DNA of 30,079 nt, taken from the NCBI RefSeq assembly GCF_006345805.1, contig NW_021832680.1, positions 1-30,079 of the forward strand. Reading direction: 5' to 3'. The translations under genes were made by a program, and so were the position numbers. A model generated the notes under the pieces. It was not told the DNA's origin. It saw nothing but the letters and a program-made list of their open reading frames with translations, and searched no databases. Source of the DNA: Octopus sinensis (taxonomy: Eukaryota). Within the stretch, counting starts at the first letter, position 1. Every line of letters begins with the position of its first letter. Positions 22,301 through 30,079 of this stretch are shown here, piece after piece.

Positions 22301-23031
22301 CATAACACATCTCTCTATTAACTAATAGAATAATAATGATATATTTTAATTGTCTGATGGCATGGAAGATAAAAACATACTAGTAGAATTTGTAGTGTCA
22401 TGGTTGTTGAGAATCTGACTGCAAGATCTAATATTATATTGAAATGTAGAAGGAGAGTTTGATTTCCATACTTCAACAACCAAAACCTCATGCTCAACTG
22501 CAATATAGAGCACTACACACCACAAGATATCAACTTGCAACTCTTCAGTTAAAAGAGAAGCATATTATGTACATGACCACTGTAAGTAATCCTCCACAAG
22601 ATAACAATACCGATTTCTTTATTACTTTCAAATCTTATTTTTTTAAAATGCTATAGTTGATTGAAAGACTTATTACCTAGGGACATACTCTGCATGAAAA
22701 CCAAATACTAAGGTCAGTACTAATATAATGCTGTAAGCCAAAAAAAATTTAATTAATTAAAATTTTACCTTGGGGAAAAGGGAATGACTTATTAGCTTAA
22801 TGATCATTTCAATGCTTTTCTAGACTAGAATTGATAATTAAGCAAACGATTCTGTTTCCTCATTATTGATGTGATTTTAATTAGCTAAGAGTTTTAGCTC
22901 AAGAGTTAAAAAAAAAATAAAGAAAAGACAAACATGAAATAGTAAATCAGGTAAGTAGGCAAGTAAAGATAAATACAAATTACCCTTTCATAAATTTCTT
23001 AAAAAAAATTTTTTTTAAAGTTACTATTTAC

Positions 23032-23888
23032 CTAAGAACCATCAGATGTGGTGTGCAAGAGAGACAACTGCGCTTGTATGGTCATGTGGTTAGAATGGAT
23101 GAGGATAGCTGTGTGAAAAAGTATCACACCCTAGCGGTTGAGGGAACCTGTGGAAGAGGTGGACCCAGGAAGACCTGGGATGAGGTAGTGAAGCATGACC
23201 TTTGAACATTAGGCCTCACCGAGGCAACGACTAGTGACTGAGACCTTTGAAAATATGCTGTGCTTGAGAAGATGCAGCAAGCCAAATGAGACCATAACCC
23301 ATGGCCTAAGCCAGTGGTGTAACCAGCCCACTTATGCATACCTTTCCTTCATTGGACACTAAACTCTGCTTGCGAAGGCCTGTTGAGGTAAGTGAAATCG
23401 AAATCAAATTTGATGACAGCACCTTTTGATTGGCATCTGAGCTAGTGGAGCACTAAGAGCATCATCCGAGTGTGATCATTGCCAGGGCTGCTGACTGGCT
23501 CCCATACTGGTGGCATGTACTAAGCACCATGCGAACGTGATTGTTACCAGCGTTGCCTTACTGGCAATTGTGCTGGTTGCACGTCAAACACAACATTCAA
23601 GGGAGGTCATTGCCAGTGCTGCTGGACTGGCTCCTGTGCAGGTGGCATGTAAAAAACACCATTTGAGCATGGCCGTTGCTAGTACTGCCTGACTGGCCCT
23701 CATGCCGGTGGCATGTAAATGCACCCACTACACTCTCGGAGTGGTTGGTGTTAGGAAGGGCATCCAGGTGTAGAAACTCTGCCATATCAGATTGGAGCCT
23801 GGTGCAGCCATCTGGCTCGCCAGTCCTCAGTCAAACCGTCCAACCCATGCCAGCATGGAAAGCGGAGGTTAAACAATGATGATGATGA
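23032..23888 (+). mobile_element. 5'-truncated RTE-B LINE: RT C-terminus, ~600-bp 3' UTR, (GAT)n tail
   Basis: IRCGVQERQLRLYGHVVRMDEDSCVKK...EGTCGRGGPRKTWDEVVKHDL. The UTR ends ccatgccagcatggaaagcggaggttaaacaatgatgatgatg. Confidence 0.85.
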
Positions 23889-23892
23889 ATAA

Positions 23893-24075
23893 TTTCTTAT
23901 ATTGGCATGAAGGCACATTCTGGGAAAAGAACACAGTCAACCTAATAAACACCAGTGCAAGACAAATACTTTATTTTCCTGATACTGGAAGGATAAAAGG
24001 CAAGAACTGAACCCAGAATGAATGCAGCTAAATACTGTAAAGTAATTTGATGACACACTACAGATTCTGGAAGTC
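23893..24075 (-). mobile_element. Very degenerate SINE family 2
   Basis: Patchy similarity to 21121-21345 (aaggataaaaggcaa...gaatgcagctaaatac...gattctg). Confidence 0.45.
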
Positions 24076-24849
24076 GCTGTCTTAATCATGGTAAGCTGGT
24101 TTCCATGTTGCATGGAGTGGACAGCTGGAATGAGTTTGATGAGTTGGAGGATGACATTATGCACCAATGGTTTATATGGCTGGATGCCCTTCCTAATGCC
24201 AACCACTTTACAGAAAGCTCTAGGTGTCTTCTTCATAGTACCAGCATTAAGAGCTTAAAGAGGCCTCTATAACTGAGAGAGGCCAGAAGAGAATGGGGCA
24301 ATGATCCAAGGTAAAAGGATCAACAATTCTAGGTAAGAAAATAAGATGGGAGTTTGGTAAAGAACAAAGGAAAGGAAAGGGATTAGAGACAGTGGTGACA
24401 TTATAAGGGGCAAGTATGGACAGACAAGATGAGGGAAAGGGGACAGGAAGGTAGCAATAGACTAGGATGGAGAGGAATAATAAGTTAATGAAGTGAAGTC
24501 TGGTGGTAAGTCAGAGGGGGAAAGATGAGAAAAGGTATTGAGGGAGAAGAGAAGTTGAGGGGAAGAAATTAGAGGATGAAAGGAAAAAAGATGCCGGAGG
24601 GTACCATGGAAGTACTTTCCAGAATGATGAGGAAGAGCAGAAGAGAGCATGGAGAAAGAGAAATGGGGGGGGGGGGGAATAGGTGGGTGCAGAGAAGATA
24701 TCCTAGAGGTGTAAGGGTAGGTAGTAAAATAAAGGTAAGAGATGAAGGGTGGCAATAGAAGTAACCCAGAGGAGTGTGTGCTGTGATGATGAAAAGATCG
24801 GATTCCACTTGGGGACATGTAAGGTGATGTGATGGTGAGGTTGGCTTAG

Positions 24850-25012
24850 TCATTTTAATGTCCACTTTTCCATGCTTGCATAGGTCAGAATGAATTTGTT
24901 GCAACAAATTTTCTATAGCTGGACATCCTTTCTCTTGCTAACTCTCATTTGTTTCCAAGCGAGACAGTATTTTCCCACGGCCTGAAAAGTTTTCACAGAA
25001 GATTGGAAATGA
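24850..25012 (-). mobile_element. SINE tail type 2
   Basis: The reverse complement ends gacctatgcaagcatggaaaagtggacattaaaatga. Confidence 0.7.
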
Positions 25013-25014
25013 AC

Positions 25015-25545
25015 TGCAGTATTTCTACTGCAGCACCTCTTCTGGCTATGAAACCAAATTGCATTTCATCTATATTTACTCTGTTATGAATCAATTGCGC
25101 TATGGCTCTCGGTTTCTTTTATAACCTGTTCAAGTAGTTAGATTCCTCTATAATTTTCTCTCTCTAAGCCATCTCCTTTGCCTTTGCAACAGTTTGTGAT
25201 GATACTGCAATACCAGTTACAAGGTATGATACCTTTCTTGTATTACTTGATATAATTATGTATCTGGCCTAACTAAGTATTTTGATCCATCCCTGATGAA
25301 CCAGCTCCTTTTTCACCCTTTATTCCCTTGATCATTTTATCTGTCAACTTGAAATGCTGGTTCCTCTGTAAGGTCAGCATGAAGTAAACTCTCTTTATTC
25401 TATGCATTTTCTACATTGAACAGGATCTAATAAAAGCACATCCATGCCACTTTTTTGCCTTCCACAGTAATGGTGCATGTGCCTTCATTATTCTAAATAC
25501 ACTTCTTTCCAATGACATCTCAGTTCTCTAAAACACACTGTTTCA
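25015..25545 (-). mobile_element. RTE-B RT N-terminal fragment, heavily decayed
   Basis: NCCKGKGDGLERENYRGI..LEQVIK...NIDEMQFGFIARRG on the minus strand. Confidence 0.7.
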
Positions 25546-25732
25546 CAATCCTAAAAATTTAACAATGACAATTAGATCTACAATTTTATAAATTGAGAAC
25601 TACTGTTGATAAGTTGATAACGATGAAGAAAAATATAAACCTGCAATTGACTGACAATTTTAAAGATGAATGTACATATGTATGTGTTTTGTATAGTTGT
25701 GTATGTGTCTGCATGCACTACTATATTGCTGT

Positions 25733-25930
25733 GCTACAAGCTGTGATATTATCATTTCCCCTGTCAACAAATTGTCAACTACTTTTGTGCCATTTGAAAC
25801 AAAGAATAAAAGATACCTTACTTGAAAAACAGTTAAAGGTTAGTAATAAGAAGGGCATTCAGCTGTAAAACAATGTCTCAATAATATATTTGTCAAGCCC
25901 ATGCTAACATGAAAAACATGGACATAAAAA
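25733..25930 (+). mobile_element. SINE tail type 2
   Basis: ccttacttgaaaaacagttaaaggttagtaataagaagggcattcagctgtaaaac...cccatgctaacatgaaaaacatggacataaaa. Confidence 0.65.
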
Positions 25931-26269
25931 AAGTATGAAAACTTCAAAAATGCAAGTAGAAAATTTGTAAACTGACGATGACAAATTACAATTTGATATA
26001 ATTACGGATATGTACTTGCATAGCAAGTGATTTGATCTGAGATCGTGTGCTGGAATGAAAACAATTGCAGCGTGGAAGGTGTTTGTAAGCCATTTAAGAA
26101 TTTGATATAAGAATCAAGGAAATTACAAGAGAAACAGGAGGCCAACAAGAATTATACTACTGGCTCCAAAATTCATGTTTAACAACTTCCTTTGAAATGG
26201 TTCTAGCACAAGATCAGAACCTGCCCACCAAAAGTTATAAAAAATTACTGGTGTTTAGCTAAATCTGAG

Positions 26270-26600
26270 TACAGCAACAAACATATTAAAGCGAACACAT
26301 AGGTGACAGTGCCAACACTTTGAAATTGGCATAGAAAGCAGTTGGTACAAACAAACATTGCAGGCAATATTTGTGGGTGCTGATAGATTAGAGTAAACCC
26401 TCCTGTGAAAGAGACTAGTAATAAACGTAAGACAACTCTTTGAATTACAAGTATATTCAATTTGAAGAGATAAAGAATTGTTTAAGTATGAAGATTTACA
26501 AATAGAAACAAATAAGATACGAAAACCAGAAACACAAATAATTCCTGTAGGTATACTAGGACTAAGAACAATAATAAAGAAAAAATACATCAAATAAAGA
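26270..26600 (+). mobile_element. Second decayed REL-type (R4/CRE-like) LINE 3' fragment
   Basis: KELFKYEDLQIETNKIRKPETQIIPVGILG (about 26472-26560) parallels the 22075-22160 motif. The upstream part is weak. Confidence 0.5.
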
Positions 26601-26646
26601 AACAAAGATATATCAAGTTTATCCACATTATTACATATAACATTAA

Positions 26647-26862
26647 GTTGAGAGGCTGGCAGAATTCTTTGTGTTGGACAAAAAGCTTAGTGGCATTTCT
26701 TCTGGCTTTACATTCTGAGTTTAAATGCTGCTGAGGTTTACATTGCCTTCAGTTTCTTTGGGATTGATAAAATAAGTACCAGTTAGTAAGTGGGGCCAAT
26801 GTAATTGACTAACTTGCACCCACCAAAATTTTAGGCTTCATGCCTACAGTGGAAAGGATTAT
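26647..26862 (+). mobile_element. tRNA-derived SINE family 2
   Basis: ctggcagaattc (A-box-like), ctgagtttaaatgc (B-box-like), ataaaataagtaccagtt...aatgtaattgact. Confidence 0.7.
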
Positions 26863-26868
26863 AACATA

Positions 26869-28175
26869 CTAGCATTATGACCCGTCGTTGCTGGATCATA
26901 GCGCCAGATATAAAGGTAAAAATAAAATATTTCCACTTTGCAAGGTTCGAGTCGAGTACTCCCTTGCACGCTCCGTTGACTCGAACCTTGCTTCTATTGT
27001 GGCGAATTTACCGTCTCTGATTAGATATCTTTCATAGTCGCACCAAGACACTTTTCGATGGTGCTTTCCTCCAGGTGTTCAAATCTTTTTTTTTCTCTAC
27101 ATTGTATACTTTATAGACAATAGTCTTTTCTTTAATTTAATTTTTTATTTCGTTTGGTGGTGTTATCCTAGATTCACCGTCTTTGTCGGTGATCAATCCG
27201 AAATAGGCTTGTATTTCTTCCATTTTTATTTTAATGAGTTTGCGCCCGCCGACGGCTGCAATGAAATTCATTTTTGGATTTTCTTCTATTGAAGGCATTT
27301 TAACAAAAATGCTTCCGTATAAACGGTGAAAATATTGTCAATTTCCCCAAACAGGGACACAATTCAATTTTTAAACAATAACCAAAGCTCCTTCTCCCAA
27401 AGGGGAAGGGTTACGGTTTACAATTATTTAACAAATGCAACACGTTTCCCTTATGAGGAACCAACAAACGTGATAACAATAGTTAAACTGTAATAATAAT
27501 AACAACAAACCTTACGGTGAATCGAAAAGCAGTACGCAGTTGAAGCTATAGTCCTTTATGTATAATAAATAAACCAACAGCAGTACTCAGTAGAAGCGGA
27601 TGTTCACTATTACATACAGCCAAACTTCATATAGATACTTAATGCTAGCTAATTAGCAGATAATCTAATGTAAAAGCCGTGGTAAAGGGTATGTGTACAG
27701 CTCCATCTGGACTATTCCATTTCTGCACACTAATTTTATTTTTAATTTATTCCCATTCATGTGAAACCACTTATTCAAGTTTGAGTCATTGATGCAATTT
27801 TATACCAATTGCTATTTTTACTTTTAATTGCTATGTTACGATTTAATTTAGTTTGATTTTATTTATTACTTACTACATATAATTCAATTGTTATTATTAT
27901 CTCTAATTTTTATTGTTAAAGTGAAAGTATCTGACATAAAATAGAGAAATGTTTTTGTTTCACTTTTAACACGTAATACTGAAATAGTGGAGAAGATATG
28001 ATATTGCTATGGGCTTGCCCTAAGCAAGAAGTTGAACATTTTTTTTGCCCATGAAACTACATGGACCCTAAATAAGGCATGTGTAAAATTTGAATGAAAT
28101 TGGTTGTGTTCTCAAGTTTTAGGGAAACACACAGACAGACAGACAGACACACATTCTCAGTTTTATATATATAGA
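26869..28175 (-). mobile_element. Non-autonomous Helitron-like element, 1307 bp, both ends present
   Basis: The minus strand reads A|TCTATATATAT...ccagcaacgacggg-8 nt-CTAG|T. This gives a 5' TC, a 3' CTAG with a subterminal GC hairpin remnant, an A^T target and no TSD. A (GACA)n tract lies near the 5' end. Confidence 0.8.
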
Positions 28176-29230
28176 TAGCATTCAAATACAGCAGATTATG
28201 TATTTGAATGAGGCATGGCACATGAAGAATGTAACATTCTGAAGCAATAATAGTAATGTCTTGCATGAATACAAATTTAAATTAGAAATGTATAGTTGAT
28301 TAAATCAACACTCAGTTAATACTGGAATTTATTGTTAATATTATAGGAAGATAAAGTAAAGGTGAACTTAGAAAGTGATGAGACATCAACAATGATATTT
28401 TAGTTCAGGCATGGGTGCACAAAAAGAACATGAAATAAAATTGATAGACATTAAATCATACAAAATCTATAGACCACAAAAGAAAGCACCCTCTTCCCCA
28501 ATACCTTAAAAGATATTTACCCTATTAATAAACTAACCATAAATCATAAATACTACTTAAATGGTTAACTCAAGTGAAGAAAGCATTCTAAACAAAATTG
28601 GCTAGCATCAATAATAATACATCAGGAGAAAATAGGAAATCACAGAGCTTCAAGTAAAAGGGGGAAATATAAAATGAAGTCTTATCTGGCACTAATACTG
28701 TTAATCAACATGCTAAACCAGACTGAATGAAGGCATGCTATATAGTGAAACCTGTCTCTTTCACATGAATGTTTTGATATATGTTGAAGATGACAATCTA
28801 GAAACATTTCTGGAGATGATATATGGATACAAGAGGGAAATGTGATGCAGGTCTAGAAAATGTGTCAAGGCTACTTTAAATAACAACTTGTTAACAAATC
28901 CACAAATATTTAAGAAATAATGACTACAATGAGAAAACAGGTTACAAAATTCTACATTTTTAAAAGTAAAAACTGAAAAATATACTTGGTGTAAATTATC
29001 TAGAGGCTTTGTAAAGTTGCAGTTACAGCATAGTCAAAAAGAAATTAGAAAGAATAAAACAAATAAAACAGAAAATAATGACAGTACAGTCACCAAATCT
29101 GGCAGAGAATATATATCATGAATACAAGGAGTCAGAGATTTTCTACACTTAGAAGATTATAATATGATAGCTATTATAAGGTTACAAATATATCTAATGG
29201 AGAGAAAAGCTGAAACAATTTCTTCTATTG

Positions 29231-29426
29231 TTTACTTGTGTCAGTCATTCAGCTATGGCTATGTTGGGATACTGTCTTGAAGAGTTTTAGTTGAACAAAT
29301 CGACCCCAGTACTTATTTTTTTAAGCCTAGTACTTATTCTATCAGATTTTTTTGCTGAACTTTAAGTTATGAGGACATAAATGCATGAACACCACTCATC
29401 AAATGATGGTGGGGCACACACACACA
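29231..29426 (-). mobile_element. SINE family 1 tail type 1
   Basis: Reverse complement of the 6665-6858 tail (cgaccccagtacttatt...tagtacttattctatc). Confidence 0.75.

Positions 29427-29433
<7 letters not shown>

Positions 29434-29484
<51 letters not shown>
29434..29484. repeat. (TA)n microsatellite
   Basis: Directly visible. Confidence 0.95.
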
Positions 29485-29485
<1 letters not shown>

Positions 29486-30079
29486 TAGCAGTATAGCCTG
29501 GCTTTGCTTGGGATTAAGTTAGGATTATTAAGCTAATCAAGCTCTTTATTTCAAAGCAAACTAAGTAACGTCGATGTCAAATTTGAATGAAATCCGTTGA
29601 AATTGGTAAACTTTTGGGTGAAATTTTGCAGAAAATTTGATTGGGAAATCCCATAAGGAATCGGTTTATTGATTTTTTCCACTCATCGTTTTTTTTGTTT
29701 TTTTTGTTTTTGGAGAACTAAAAGCATTCAAAGATCCCATGAGTCCTAAGTAATGCTCGCATCAAGTTTGAACAAAATACATCAAAATTGGTAGACGTTG
29801 GAATATAGTGTAGCCAATTTTAGTGAGAAGTCCTATAAGGTATCGGTTTATCAATTTTTTTTATTCTGATTAAATGGAAAACCCCATAAGGAATCAGTTA
29901 ATTGATTTTTCACCCAAATAGGACTTAACCAAACATTGCTGATTCAAAAACATCGATATTTATACTTTAAAGTTGGTTTTCATACCCAACCCAGTTCTGC
30001 AGAATCAGTGTCGCGATGGGAGCGCATGGGTTGGGAGTTTGATCGGCAGAGGTGATCAGGTTGCATATGCCAACTCTTT
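29485..30079 (-). mobile_element. 3' part of a second Helitron-like element, running off the window
   Basis: CTAG at 29485-29488, an 8-nt spacer, then hairpin remnant cctggctttgcttggg (29497-29512), the same geometry as the 26869 end. It shares aaatttgaatgaaat (29579-29593) with the first element (28086-28100). Confidence 0.7.

Noticed and set aside
22400-22560. ENLTARSNIILKC resembling a GIY-YIG lead-in
   Set aside because: No YIG motif or downstream conserved residues. Too weak to call.
22999-23018. 20-bp perfect palindrome ttA8T8aa
   Set aside because: Low-complexity A/T runs expected by chance in this composition.
26000-26100. CpG-containing island that looks like an interspersed-repeat fragment
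   Set aside because: No second copy, terminus or coding motif in this window, so it cannot be classified.

Overview
AT-rich, repeat-dense animal genomic DNA. The repeat repertoire resembles what I recall from Octopus, which is an inference. The only host gene I can support is a minus-strand FEZ1/FEZ2/UNC-76 family gene, seen as two spliceable coding exons (15019-14867 and 8534-8423). The rest of the window appears to be intronic. It holds a near full-length RTE LINE (467-4416) and a CR1-like LINE fragment interrupted by a complete mariner (perfect 37-bp TIRs, TA duplication) and by a SINE. It also holds an internally deleted D37D (maT-type) Tc1/mariner, fragments of a second RTE family, R4/Dong-like REL fragments, two non-autonomous Helitron-like elements, many tRNA-type SINE pieces and microsatellites. 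I found no convincing wholly new system. The best leads are: (i) the RTE frameshifts are mostly single-base homopolymer contractions, so the copy may really be intact; (ii) a candidate HDV-like ribozyme at the RTE 5' end; (iii) a minimal hammerhead fold at 10400-10435; (iv) a candidate stop-containing 33-nt microexon inside the FEZ intron. Most short ORFs in the supplied track are antisense or microsatellite artefacts. Boundaries of degenerate repeats are approximate.
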